Notes: a model not told the origin generated them from the sequence alone. 64,000 bases of DNA from an uncultured Alphaproteobacteria bacterium (GCA_963841665.1 CAWJDW010000006.1:7304-71303); one strand, 5' to 3'. Counted from the first letter of the stretch, positions 50,828 to 60,868 are shown. A program made the numbers and translations.

Positions 50828-51067
50828 CTAGGTCCGAACGCGGCGGCTGCCATAGTGGGGATGCCGGCCACCCCGATGGCGCCAGTAGCGATGTTTGGTC
50901 GGATTTGTGTTGGTGTTGGGCGTCGCACTGGTCGCGTCAGATCCGCCGGCGTCCTTTGGTGCGGATACCGCCTTGTCACCTGACTGGGCCAGAGCCACGG
51001 TCGTTGGTAGGATCACCGCCGCCGATCCTCCAAGAAGGAGGAGGCCGCAGACGGTCGAAATGTTCAT
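50828..51067 (-). CDS. Small exported protein with a His/Arg/aromatic C-terminus
   Basis: Signal peptide ending ...TTVALA-Q; tail KHRYWRHRGGRHPHYGSRRVRT; GGAG RBS. Confidence 0.65.
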   Translation of the reverse strand: MNISTVCGLLLLGGSAAVILPTTVALAQSGDKAVSAPKDAGGSDATSATPNTNTNPTKHRYWRHRGGRHPHYGSRRVRT

Positions 51068-51343
51068 GTCCGACTCCAGGCGGTCAGAGTGACAACGACG
51101 CGACTTCAGCTCGGGATGCGCTGAGAGACAGTCCGGCACCCGCACGGTGATCCCGAGCGTTACAGCCAGCCATGGTGAAGGCGGCCGGCGGCGCCGGGCA
51201 CGCGGGATGCCAAGCCAAGTCGCGGGCCCGACGATAGAAGTCGGCTTCCGGATCGCAAATCAGGGATTCTCTGTAGAGCGCGGGGGTGGGAAATCGAGCT
51301 ATCGGTTCCGGCCTCCGGCCTGAAGAGGCCGGCCGGAGCTTGA

Positions 51344-51538
51344 TCACGGTCGGGAATCCGTTCGGGGACAGCCGCCTCCGACGAGCACGAAGCTCTGCCG
51401 GCAGAATTCACCACCCTTGGCAAGCTCGGCGGCGATGCGCTTGGCATGGACCACTGCCGCGTCCCGGCTGGCATGCTCGCAGCCGGTCAGGTCTGGAGAG
51501 AGACCGTATTTGTCGACGATGTGGAAGAAGTAGCGCAT
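51344..51538 (-). CDS. DUF6894 family small protein
   Basis: MRYFFHIVD.....D..G.......A...A..IA.EL pattern. Confidence 0.72.
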   Translation of the reverse strand: MRYFFHIVDKYGLSPDLTGCEHASRDAAVVHAKRIAAELAKGGEFCRQSFVLVGGGCPRTDSRP

Positions 51539-51785
51539 ATGACAAATTTATGTCGGCCCGTTGGCGCGCTCTAGTGACAAACCTGTAAGGGACATCAGCA
51601 AAAGGTATGAGGAACGCCGAGCCTCAAGCGACGGCCTTGGAAGTCGGGCGGACGATTGCAGCCGGCTGCATGAAGCCGGGAAGGGCTGGGTAGTTGGCCG
51701 TGCCGCCCTCAGGTGATCATCCGATGCCCCGGGCAAGCCCGGAAGACTAGCGTCGTCTGCAGCCAAGAGGGAGCGGAGGTGCGCG

Positions 51786-52490
51786 ATGTCGAACTATGAC
51801 CACAACCTGACAGTCTCCAAGGCCGAGGCGCTCGCGATCGACGGCGGGCGCCGCAGCTACCTGCTGCGCATCTACAATTACATGGCCGCGGGAGTTGGCC
51901 TGACCACTGTCGTCGCCTGGATCACCTATCAGCTCACCGGTCCGGAGCTGCTGAAGAATCCCGTGATGTGGGTCTTCGTTCTGGCGCCCCTGGTCCTGGT
52001 CTTCGTGATCAGTGCGCGCATCAACACGCTGTCGGTCGCGACGGCGCGGTTGCTGTTCTTCGTCTATGCAGCCCTGGTCGGGGTATCGCTCTCGACCCTG
52101 TTTCACATCTACACCAATTCCTCGATCACCCGCGTATTCTTCATCACCGCCACGATGTTTGGCGCACTGAGCCTGTTCGGCCAGACGACGAGGCGAGACC
52201 TTTCCGGAATGGGGACCTTCCTGTTCATGGGGCTGATCGGCATCATCATTGCGATGCTTATCAATTTCTTCCTGAGGTCGACCGGATTGGACTGGCTGAT
52301 CTCGGTGGTTGGCGTCGGTGTGTTTGCCGGCCTGACCGCCTACGACAATCAGCGGATCAAGGCGATGTATGACAGCAGTGATGATGAACTCACGCGGGGG
52401 CGCAAGTCAGTGATCGCAGCCCTGTCGCTTTATCTCAACTTCATCAACCTGTTTCTGATGCTCTTGCGGCTGGCTGGGTCGCGCCGCTAG
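51786..52490 (+). CDS. Bax inhibitor-1/YccA family membrane protein
   Basis: YLLRIYNYMAAG, FLFMGLIGIIIA, FAGLTAYDNQRIK, ALSLYLNFINLF. Confidence 0.92.
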   Translation: MSNYDHNLTVSKAEALAIDGGRRSYLLRIYNYMAAGVGLTTVVAWITYQLTGPELLKNPVMWVFVLAPLVLVFVISARINTLSVATARLLFFVYAALVGVSLSTLFHIYTNSSITRVFFITATMFGALSLFGQTTRRDLSGMGTFLFMGLIGIIIAMLINFFLRSTGLDWLISVVGVGVFAGLTAYDNQRIKAMYDSSDDELTRGRKSVIAALSLYLNFINLFLMLLRLAGSRR

Positions 52491-52640
52491 CAACGCACCA
52501 CGCCGAGCAGCAAGGCATGCAGCTGCCGCAATCCGGTGGCCATGAAAGCCCAGCGATCGAGGCCGTTCGACCCGATCGTTGGGCGTAGCGTTCAATTCGA
52601 CTCAACTTGGATGCATGATCCGGGGCCGCCTGTCGGATCT

Positions 52641-53144
52641 CTACGCCGCAGGCTTCGCCGCTGCGGCCGAGAGCGCATCACGCAGCGCCTTTTCTTTTGC
52701 GTCATCCAGCGAGGTCTTCAACACGACCCCGCCCGCGTCCTGGATTTCCCGAAGCACCTTGTCCGCGGTCATGTTCTTGATCAGCAGGAACAAGGCGGCA
52801 TCGCCGGGCTGGATGCTCGCAGCCAGTTGTTTCATGAAAGCGTCGTCGATCCCAAAATCGGTCAATGCGCCGCCAAGCGCACCCGAAGCAGCGCCGATCG
52901 CGACCCCCACAATCGGGTTGAGGAACAGCACGCCGATCAGCAGACCCCAGAAGCTTCCCGACATGGCGCCCAGCGCCGTGGCATTAACCAGCTGATTCAG
53001 CTTGATATTGCCTGAATCCGTCTTCACCGCGATGACGGCGTCGTTCACGGTGATAAGATATTCCTTCTGCAGTTTGAGGAGGCGCTGGCGCACCTCTTCC
53101 GCCTTGGCTTCGGATGGATACACGATCGCGACGAGATCGGACAT
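52641..53144 (-). CDS. DUF1269 family membrane protein (glycine zipper)
   Basis: MSDLVAIVYP...LQKEYLI.V.DAVIAVK...GSFWGLLIG.LF..P...DFGIDDAF...LKTSL; AGGAGG RBS. Confidence 0.9.
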   Translation of the reverse strand: MSDLVAIVYPSEAKAEEVRQRLLKLQKEYLITVNDAVIAVKTDSGNIKLNQLVNATALGAMSGSFWGLLIGVLFLNPIVGVAIGAASGALGGALTDFGIDDAFMKQLAASIQPGDAALFLLIKNMTADKVLREIQDAGGVVLKTSLDDAKEKALRDALSAAAAKPAA

Positions 53145-53230
53145 GCAGACCTCCTGGTGGATTCTTCCGGCGCGAAGCGCGCCGGGTTGCGCAAATCGAG
53201 TCAGAGTTAGCCGGCACGGTCGAGGCGCGA

Positions 53231-53290
53231 CATCCCGAAAAACCCTCGGCATCCGGGAGGAAACCCTTGGCATCCGGGAGGAATGTTCCG
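53231..53290. promoter_or_regulatory. Three tandem ~20-21-bp direct repeats (CATCCGGGAGGAAACCCTTGG consensus), probable response-regulator sites
   Basis: CATCCCGAAAAACCCTCGG / CATCCGGGAGGAAACCCTTGG / CATCCGGGAGGAATGTTCCG between the divergent DUF1269 and kinase genes. Confidence 0.7.
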
Positions 53291-53486
53291 ATCGGTCACC
53301 CAGCGCCCGGGGCACGCAAATATGCGTGTTCCTATTGCGTATCGGTGCGCCCGGTAGCACAATCCTACCTAAGCGTGTATTTTTGGGGATGCACATCTAT
53401 TGGGGCGCGGCGGACTCCGGGGAAGAGGAGACCGAACGAGAAGCAGCTTCTCGATTCCGAGAGGCGATTGCGTGTGAGTGCGTATC

Positions 53487-54675
53487 ATGAAGCAGGATGG
53501 TGCTTCCGCCTACGGTCCTCATCGAAGCTACGCCGAGCAATGGAAACGCGTTCGTTCGTCAAATGCGAGCGATCGCCAGTACTGGAACGTGACGTCCGAT
53601 TTTCTCTTTGTGATGCGCCCTTCGACCGGAGGGCGCTTTGTTTATGTGGACGTCAACCCGGCATTCGAGTCTCTCGTCGGACTATCGTCGCATGACATCC
53701 GTGAGATGACTATTCGCGAGTGCATGGGAGCTCGGGACACACGGTCCGTCCAGGATGCGCTCGCCGCGTGTCTTTCCAGACGCGGCCAAGTCCGGATCCG
53801 GCATCGGCTTTCGCTGGGGGGATACCCACGCATTGTCGAGACCATCGTCGCGCCGATCTACGAGCCTATCACCGGCACCCTAGTGAGCTTGATCGGCAGT
53901 CACAGGTTACTGGACGAGATTTCGTCGCCAAGCCTGGAGCGGATGTGGAGCAGTAGCGAGAACATGAGTGCCGCGCTGCTGTCCATTCAGGAGGACATGC
54001 AACAGCGCATCGCCTCCGATCTCCACAACTCGACTTGCCAGCATTTGATCGCCGCGAAGTCTTGGAATCATGCGACTTCGAAATGGCCTGCGCGACCCAA
54101 CCGGCGCCGAGCGGCTTTGCAATGAGATCGATGCCTCGATCGATCAGGCGCTCAAGGAAATTCGAGGCTACGCCTACCTGTTGCACCCGCAAGATCTGAC
54201 GGTCGCCGGGTTGAAGGCAACGATCGAGACCTATGCCGAACAGTTCGCAGCGCGCACGTCCATACGGACAGCCGCAAACATCACGGCCGAGATCAATCGA
54301 TTGCCCTGCGAAACGCAGCGCTCGCTGCTGCGGGTCGTTCAGGAGGCTCTCGCGAATGTATTTCGTCACGCCAAGGCGACCGAGGTCCGCATCGCGATCG
54401 AGACGATCGACAGCCGCTTTCAGCTGACGGTCAGCGACAATGGGTGCGGCATGCCATCCGGTCGGGAGCTGGGCGGCAGTGCGGGCTTATCCGGTGTCGG
54501 ATTTCCGGCGATGAGAGCCAGGCTGCAGAAGATGGGAGGCAGCCTCGAGATCCGATCCGGATCGGCATCGCGACGGCCCGGTACCACGTTATTTGCGGTA
54601 TTTCCCCGCGGGACTGCGAAAGCGCCGTCGACCAACGGCCACCGTCGTCCTCATCATCCGCGCAAGCGGTCGTGA
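53487..54675 (+). pseudogene. Soluble PAS-domain sensor histidine kinase (HisKA_3); frameshift at ~54057
   Basis: PAS (YVDVNPAFESLVG), H-box QRIASDLHNSTCQHL, then RVVQEALANVFRHA and VSDNGCG in another frame; deleting one A at 54057-8 gives 395 aa. Confidence 0.87.
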
Positions 54676-54765
54676 ACAAGAAGGCTCAGTGCTGATCCTT
54701 ATTTTTGAGCTATTTCCTTGCCGGTTGAAGACATGTGTATGTGATGCGAGTGGGAGGCTCCCGCC

Positions 54766-55395
54766 ATGAAGCGCTTTCTTATCGCCGACGATCACGAAGC
54801 GGTACGGTGCGGGCTGCGAGCGGTTCTGGAACTACGCGATGACTGGGAAGTCGTTGCTGAGGCGAACGATGGCAGCAATGCGGTGGCCGCAGCCGTTGTG
54901 AACCGGCCCGACGTCGCAATCGTCGACTTCTCGTTGCCGCGCATGACGGGCGTGGAGGTCGCGCGACGGATCAGGGAACATCGACTGCCGACCGAGGTGA
55001 TGATCTTCACGGTGCACAACTCCAGCCTGCTGGCGCAGCACGCGTTCGAGGCCGGCGCCCGGGCATTCGTGCTGAAATCGGACGCGAACCGGCTCTTGTT
55101 GTCGGCGATCGAGTCGCTGCTGAAACATAAGCCGTTCTGCACTGACAGCTGCTCGGCCCAATTCAGTGAAGTCTCGTTCGGTAAGGAGGGAAGGCACCAC
55201 AAGCTGTCGCCGCGCGAACAGTTGGTGGTCAAGTTGATCGCGGATGGCTACAGCAACAAGGGCATCAGCGCCATCCTGAACCTCAGCGTGAAGACGGCCG
55301 AAGCGCACCGGGCGGCCGCGATGCGCAAGCTGGACATCCATTCGACGGCGGACCTGGTTCGTTACGCGGTGCGTGCCGGCCTGCTGCAAGCCTGA
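54766..55395 (+). CDS. NarL/LuxR-family response regulator 1
   Basis: LIADDH, PDVAIVD, FVLK, LSPREQLVVKLIADGYSNKGI..LNLSVKTAEAHR. Confidence 0.93.
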   Translation: MKRFLIADDHEAVRCGLRAVLELRDDWEVVAEANDGSNAVAAAVVNRPDVAIVDFSLPRMTGVEVARRIREHRLPTEVMIFTVHNSSLLAQHAFEAGARAFVLKSDANRLLLSAIESLLKHKPFCTDSCSAQFSEVSFGKEGRHHKLSPREQLVVKLIADGYSNKGISAILNLSVKTAEAHRAAAMRKLDIHSTADLVRYAVRAGLLQA

Positions 55396-55438
55396 GGACG
55401 CCAGGTGTTCTGCCGTGAACTCGAAAGTTGAGCCGATG

Positions 55439-55505
55439 TCGGTAAATTTCCGGCGAGATCCAAGGGTTTTGCGGGATAAACCACCAGGCAGCCGGTCAGT
55501 ATCGT
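55439..55505 (+). promoter_or_regulatory. Reverse-oriented copy of the shared box with a putative -10 (TATCGT), upstream of regulator 2
   Basis: Reverse complement of 55460-55478 is TATCCCGCAAAACCCTTGG, compared with CATCCCGAAAAACCCTCGG at 53231. Confidence 0.55.
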
Positions 55506-55570
55506 ACAGGATTAATCTTATCCCTTTCGACTGCTCGATTGGCATTCGTGCCGGCCACAGGAACGTCGCC

Positions 55571-56206
55571 GTGAAGCGGATCTTGATCGCGGATGATCAT
55601 GAAGTTGTACGTTCCGGTCTTCGCGCCATCATCGAGGCGCGCTCGAACTGGACCGTCGCTGGAGAAGCGTCCGACGGGGAACAGGCGATCACGCTGGCGT
55701 TGGAAACGAGACCTGACGTCATCATCGCCGATTACTCCATGCCTGTCGTGAGCGGGCTCGAGGTCAGCCGCCGCGTCAAGGTACTTCAGCTCCGTTCGGA
55801 GGTCTTGATTCTGACAATGCACGAGAGTGACGAGCTTCTGACCGAGGCGCTCCTGGCAGGGGTCCGTGGCTTCCTGCTCAAGTCGGACGCCAAGTGGCAC
55901 CTCGTTTCGGCAATCGAGGCTCTGCTCGAAGGGCGGCCTTATTTCACCAGCGTCGTGTTGGAGAAACTGCTGGTGAACTACCAGCTCAACAAGCAGAACA
56001 GGTCGGGCATGCTCCTCACGGCGCGGGAGCAGAACGTGGTTCAGCTGATCGCGGAAGGGCACACCAACAAGGTCATCAGTTCCATGCTGAAGCTCAGCGT
56101 CAAGACCGTCGAAACCCATCGGGCCTCGGCGATGCGCAAGCTCGGCATGTCCTCCACGGCCGAACTGGTGCGCTACGCGATCCGCAAGAGGCTGGTGTCG
56201 CCCTGA
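55571..56206 (+). CDS. NarL/LuxR-family response regulator 2
   Basis: GTG start; ILIADDHEVVRSGLR, PDVIIAD, LTAREQNVVQLIAEGHTNK...LSVKTVETHR. Confidence 0.93.
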   Translation: MKRILIADDHEVVRSGLRAIIEARSNWTVAGEASDGEQAITLALETRPDVIIADYSMPVVSGLEVSRRVKVLQLRSEVLILTMHESDELLTEALLAGVRGFLLKSDAKWHLVSAIEALLEGRPYFTSVVLEKLLVNYQLNKQNRSGMLLTAREQNVVQLIAEGHTNKVISSMLKLSVKTVETHRASAMRKLGMSSTAELVRYAIRKRLVSP

Positions 56207-56510
56207 AGGCCAGACCTTTTCGTCGAGGCGGAGATCAACGTCGCTACGCACCCCAATGTGATGGCAGCCACACCGGTCGGCGAGAACGGGGTGTGACATG
56301 TCGGCTTCTTCAAAAACGGACGGGGACGGCGTGCTGCTCCTGGCCGGGAGCGGGCGAGCCCCGGGGGGGGCAACGAGGAACGGTTCCCAGATGCCTTCGC
56401 GCAGGGGAGCGACGGCCCAGGCTTGGCGCATCGTCGCAGGCTGCCGGGGCCGATCCTGCGCGCCGCGACGGGCGGACAGGGGACTTCAGGTCGGTCATCC
56501 GGCCTCGACC

Positions 56511-56539
56511 TTGACCTTTGCCCGCTTGGGAAGTAGATA
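56511..56539 (+). promoter_or_regulatory. Putative sigma70 promoter of secE-nusG
   Basis: TTGACC-N17-TAGATA. Confidence 0.6.
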
Positions 56540-56704
56540 TCCGCGACCTGCAGCCGGCCCGTCCTTAAGACGGATATCCGGCGCGGCTTTAAACTCCCCG
56601 AACAATCGAGCCCGCATGTCGGCTCATCTCTCAGGACGAGGGTTGGGCCAAGGACGGCTGTTCGGCTTTCTTAAACATCTTACGACGGACGCGGACTCTC
56701 GACG

Positions 56705-56896
56705 ATGGCCACCAGCCCGTTCAAATTCCTGCAGGAAGTGCGCTCGGAGACCGCCAAGGTCACCTGGCCGAGCCGTCGCGAGACGATGATCACCACGATC
56801 ATGGTGTTCGTGATGGTGGCACTGGCCTCGATCTTCTTTTTCGCCGCCGACCAGATCATTCGCTACGTCATCACCTTGGTATTGGGCATCCACTGA
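56705..56896 (+). CDS. secE: Preprotein translocase subunit SecE
   Basis: FLQEVRSETAKVTWPSRRET plus one TM segment; directly upstream of nusG. Confidence 0.97.
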   Translation: MATSPFKFLQEVRSETAKVTWPSRRETMITTIMVFVMVALASIFFFAADQIIRYVITLVLGIH

Positions 56897-57450
56897 TGGC
56901 AACGGGAACGCAGACCGCGGATAAGCGCTGGTACATTGTCCACGCCTATTCGAACTTCGAGAAGAAGGTCGCCGAGTCGATCCGCGAGCAGGCCAAGCAG
57001 CGCGGACTCGAGGAGCTGTTCGACCAAATTCTGGTGCCGATCGAGAATGTCACGGAAGTGCGGCGCGGCCGCAAGATCAACGCCGAGCGCAAGTTCTTCC
57101 CCGGCTATGTGCTGGTGAAGATGAAGCTGACGGATGAGGCCTTTCACCTTATCAAGAACACGCCGAAGGTGACCGGCTTCCTGGGCGCGGAAAACAAGCC
57201 GATGCCGATCGCCGAAGGCGAGGCGATGCGCATCCTGAACCAGATGCAGGAGGGCGTGGAGCGGCCGAAATCTTCGGTGTCGTTCGAGATCGGCGAGAAC
57301 GTGCGCGTCGCCGATGGCCCGTTCGCCTCGTTCTCCGGCGTAGTCGAGGAAATCGACGAGGGACGTTCGCGCGTCAAGGTCGCGGTGTCGATCTTCGGCC
57401 GTGCGACCCCGGTGGAATTGGAATTCGGTCAGGTCGAGAAGGTGGTCTGA
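56896..57450 (+). CDS. nusG: Transcription termination/antitermination factor NusG
   Basis: WYIVHAYSNFEKKV, FFPGYVLV, KOW motif DGPFASFSG, IFGRATPVELEF. Confidence 0.98.
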   Translation: MATGTQTADKRWYIVHAYSNFEKKVAESIREQAKQRGLEELFDQILVPIENVTEVRRGRKINAERKFFPGYVLVKMKLTDEAFHLIKNTPKVTGFLGAENKPMPIAEGEAMRILNQMQEGVERPKSSVSFEIGENVRVADGPFASFSGVVEEIDEGRSRVKVAVSIFGRATPVELEFGQVEKVV

Positions 57451-57594
57451 TCGCGTTATGCGGCGCCAAGTCGCCTTACAAGGTTGGCGCCGCATAAGAG
57501 AGGGACGTGGGAGGAGAGGGCGGTCGCCAGCCGCGTCGATCCGAACCACGAAGCCTGAACCGCCGGCGCTGAGCCGGCACAACAGGAGTGAGCA

Positions 57595-58023
57595 ATGGCA
57601 AAGAAAGTAACCGGATACCTGAAGCTTCAGGTGCCGGCCGGTGCGGCGAACCCGTCGCCACCGATCGGCCCCGCGCTCGGTCAGCGCGGCCTCAACATCA
57701 TGGAGTTCTGCAAGGCGTTCAACGCGCAGACCCAGAAGGAAGAGAAGAACACCCCGATCCCGGTGGTCATCACCATCTATGCGGACCGGTCCTTCACCTT
57801 CGAGATGAAGACCCCGCCGATGTCCTTCTTCCTCAAGCAGGCGGCCAAGATCCAGTCCGGCTCCAAGGCGCCGGGCCGTGACAAGGCCGGCTCGGTGACC
57901 AAGGCGCAAGTGCGCGAGATCGCCGAGAAGAAGATGAAGGACTTGAATTGCGATTCCATCGAATCGGCCATGAAGATGGTCGAGGGCTCCGCCCGTTCGA
58001 TGGGCCTGGAAGTTGCGGGGTAA
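57595..58023 (+). CDS. rplK: 50S ribosomal protein L11
   Basis: [23 protein letters not shown]. Confidence 0.99.
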   Translation: MAKKVTGYLKLQVPAGAANPSPPIGPALGQRGLNIMEFCKAFNAQTQKEEKNTPIPVVITIYADRSFTFEMKTPPMSFFLKQAAKIQSGSKAPGRDKAGSVTKAQVREIAEKKMKDLNCDSIESAMKMVEGSARSMGLEVAG

Positions 58024-58029
58024 CGGATC

Positions 58030-58722
58030 ATGGCAATCGGAAAACGTTTGACGAAGGCCCGCGAGGGCGTTGATCGCACGAAGCTTTATGCGCTTCCCGA
58101 GGCGATCAAGATGATCAAGGAACGTGCCAAGTCGAAGTTCGACGAGACCATCGAGGTCTCGATCAATCTCGGCGTCGACCCGCGCCACGCCGACCAAATG
58201 GTCCGCGGCGTCGTCATGCTGCCGAACGGCACCGGCCGCACCCTGCGCGTCGGCGTGTTCGCGCGCGGCGCCAAGGCCGACGAAGCCAAGGCCGCCGGTG
58301 CCGACGTGGTCGGTGCGGAGGACCTGGTCGAGAAGGTGCAGAACGGCAATATCGACTTCGACCGTTGTATCGCCACCCCCGACATGATGCCGCTGGTTGG
58401 CCGTCTCGGTAAGGTGCTCGGTCCGCGCGGCATGATGCCGAACCCGAAGATCGGCACCGTGACCATGGACGTCGCCGGTGCCGTGAAGGGCGCCAAGGGC
58501 GGCTCGGTCGAGTTCCGGGTCGAGAAGGCCGGCATCATCCAGGCCGGCGTCGGCAAGGCCTCGTTCACCGAGGAGAAGCTGGTCGAGAACATCAAGGCCC
58601 TGGCAGATGCGGTCGTGAAGGCCAAGCCGGCCGGTGCCAAGGGCACCTATGTCCAGCGCGTCGCGGTGTCTTCGACGATGGGCCCGGGCGTGAAGGTCGA
58701 GCCGGGCACCGTGCTGGCGTGA
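58030..58722 (+). CDS. rplA: 50S ribosomal protein L1
   Basis: [34 protein letters not shown]. Confidence 0.99.
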   Translation: MAIGKRLTKAREGVDRTKLYALPEAIKMIKERAKSKFDETIEVSINLGVDPRHADQMVRGVVMLPNGTGRTLRVGVFARGAKADEAKAAGADVVGAEDLVEKVQNGNIDFDRCIATPDMMPLVGRLGKVLGPRGMMPNPKIGTVTMDVAGAVKGAKGGSVEFRVEKAGIIQAGVGKASFTEEKLVENIKALADAVVKAKPAGAKGTYVQRVAVSSTMGPGVKVEPGTVLA

Positions 58723-58750
58723 AGCCGGTCGGGCATACATGAAAGATCGC

Positions 58751-58790
58751 GAGAGCGGGGCCGGGCAACTGGTCCCGCTCTTTCACTTTT
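58751..58790 (+). terminator. Intrinsic terminator after rplA
   Basis: GAGAGCGGGGCC...GGTCCCGCTCTTT followed by CACTTTT. Confidence 0.7.
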
Positions 58791-58814
58791 GGAGAGCGCC
58801 ACGCGCGGAGCGCC

Positions 58815-59768
58815 ATGCCTGACAAAGTCCTGGTCTATTCACGTTTCCCCAAAACCCTGCTGCAGCGGGTCGGCGAGCATTTCGATCTGCTCGATACCGC
58901 CGGCAAGCCGCCGCATGAGGCGTTTCCGGCCGATGATCTCGTCGGTATCCGTGCGCTGCTCACCGCCGGTGGCACGCCGTTGCGGGGGCCGGACATGGAG
59001 CGGCTGCCGCAGCTCGGGGCCATCGTCTGTTACGGCACGGGTTATGACGGCGTCGATCTCGCGGCTGCGGCCGCGCGCGGCATTGCGGTCGGCCACAGCC
59101 CTGGCGCCAATGCGGCGTCGGTCGCCGACGTGGCGATGACCCTGATGCTGGCGGCGACGCGGCGGCTCAACGTTGCCGACCGTTATGTGCGCAGCGGCGA
59201 CTGGGCCGCGGCCAGGCCGTCGCCATTGATGAAGCCGCCGGTGGGCTTGAGCCAGCGCAAGGTCGGCATCTACGGCATGGGCGAGATCGGCCGCAAGATC
59301 GCGGCCCGCGTGGCCGGCTTCGAGGCCGAAATCGGTTATTTCAGCCGCACTCGCTACGACCTGCCGTACCAATATCTTCCGAGCTTGGATGCGCTCGCCG
59401 AATGGTGCAGCGTGCTGATGATCGCGGTCCGGGCCGGCGCGGAGACGCATCATGTCGTCAATGCGGATCTCCTGAAGAAGCTCGGTGCCGACGGCTACAT
59501 CGTCAATATCTCGCGCGGCTCAGTCATTGACGAGGCGGCCTTGGTCGCAGCGCTGAAGGACGGAACCATTGCGGGCGCCGGCCTTGACGTGTTCGAGACC
59601 GAGCCGCATGCGCCGGACGAGCTGACGGCCCTGCCCAACGTGGTCTTGACCCCCCATATCGGCGGCAATACCCAGGAATCGCATGTCGCAATGCGGGGCT
59701 GCGTTGTCGCCAATCTCGCGGCGTTTTTCGCGGGCAAACCGCTGCCTTATCCGGTACGGGCAGGCTGA
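58815..59768 (+). CDS. D-2-hydroxyacid dehydrogenase (glyoxylate/hydroxypyruvate reductase-like)
   Basis: GTGYDGVD, GIYGMGEIG, VNISRGSVIDE, AGLDVFETEP, LTPHIG. Confidence 0.93.
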   Translation: MPDKVLVYSRFPKTLLQRVGEHFDLLDTAGKPPHEAFPADDLVGIRALLTAGGTPLRGPDMERLPQLGAIVCYGTGYDGVDLAAAAARGIAVGHSPGANAASVADVAMTLMLAATRRLNVADRYVRSGDWAAARPSPLMKPPVGLSQRKVGIYGMGEIGRKIAARVAGFEAEIGYFSRTRYDLPYQYLPSLDALAEWCSVLMIAVRAGAETHHVVNADLLKKLGADGYIVNISRGSVIDEAALVAALKDGTIAGAGLDVFETEPHAPDELTALPNVVLTPHIGGNTQESHVAMRGCVVANLAAFFAGKPLPYPVRAG

Positions 59769-60039
59769 TCGGGTTCCACGCCGCCGCGGCCAATATCACC
59801 GGCCAAGTGTTGGCATTTGGGAACTGGTGCGAAATTTGCTCTTGGCAAGCGGTCACTGACCCGTTAAAGAACCGCCTTCCGGGCGTGCCAGCTTGCTGGC
59901 GCGCCCGTGCGTGCATTCCGAAAGCCTGGAGGAGAAATCGTTCCTTTTGAGATGTCCATCTGGATGGCTCGAAAGGAAGGAGGATCCTTCTGCTCTCGAA
60001 TACCGCAGGGGAGGTCGGTTCGCCGATCGCCTCGATCCT

Positions 60040-60112
60040 GTCCAAGACTGCAGGCGCCCGCGGAAATCTTGAATTTCCTCTACGGCTTAATCGTATGGCC
60101 TGCATAGACGGG
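60040..60112 (+). promoter_or_regulatory. Ribosomal protein L10 leader (autoregulatory RNA)
   Basis: GTCCAAGACTGCAGG...CTTAAT...CCTGCATAGACG core typical of rplJ leaders. Confidence 0.75.
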
Positions 60113-60349
60113 TGAAGACCGGATTTTGGCATTCCGCACGCGTCTCGCTTGCGGATGCGGGTTTGGTTCGAACCTCGACACTCCGTGGGCCGGCAGGCGC
60201 GCGGAAGGGCAGGCAATTCAAGTCGTCGTCCTGCTCATGTGTTCGAAAGGCCCTTTGGGTCCAGAGGTCATGTTGGCAGGACGGTGGGTGCAACCCGGCG
60301 GTCCCGCCTGTTCTTCAAGGCGAAGGCCGCTAACCGGAAAGAGCTTGCT

Positions 60350-60868
60350 GTGGAACGAGCGGCAAAAAAAGAGGCGGTCGATCAATTGCACGGGGTCTTC
60401 GAGACCACGGGCGTTGCGGTCGTCGCTCACTATTCCGGCCTCACCGTGGCCCAGATGCAGAAGCTGCGCATGCAGATGAAGCAGGCGGGTGCGTCGGTGA
60501 AGGTCTCGAAGAACCGTCTCGCCAAAATTGCTCTTGAAGGCACGGACGTCGTCGGCATCGGTTCCCTGTTGAAGGGGCCGACCGTGATCGCAACTTCAAA
60601 CGATCCTGTCGCGGCGCCCAAGGTTGCCGTCGAATTCGCCAAGGCGAACGAAAAGTTCGTCATTCTCGGCGGTTCGATGGGTAAAACCGTCCTGAATGTC
60701 GACAGCGTCAAGGCGCTCGCCTCGCTGCCGTCGCTGGACGAACTGCGCGGCAAGCTCGTCGGCCTGATCCAGGCTCCGGCGACCAAGCTCGCCCAGCTCT
60801 CCACTGCGCCCGCGAGCAAGCTCGCTCGCGTCATTCAGGCTTATGCCTCAAAGGGCGAAGCGGCCTGA
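60350..60868 (+). CDS. rplJ: 50S ribosomal protein L10
   Basis: GTG start; [39 protein letters not shown]. Confidence 0.97.
   Translation: MERAAKKEAVDQLHGVFETTGVAVVAHYSGLTVAQMQKLRMQMKQAGASVKVSKNRLAKIALEGTDVVGIGSLLKGPTVIATSNDPVAAPKVAVEFAKANEKFVILGGSMGKTVLNVDSVKALASLPSLDELRGKLVGLIQAPATKLAQLSTAPASKLARVIQAYASKGEAA

Noticed and set aside
53231-53290. Tandem direct repeats as a mini-CRISPR array
   Set aside because: The units are contiguous with no unique spacers, only ~21 bp long, and there are no cas genes; better explained as regulator binding sites.
45005-56704. Prophage or active integrative element at tRNA-Trp
   Set aside because: No integrase, phage or conjugation genes, and no duplicated tRNA 3' end found by eye.
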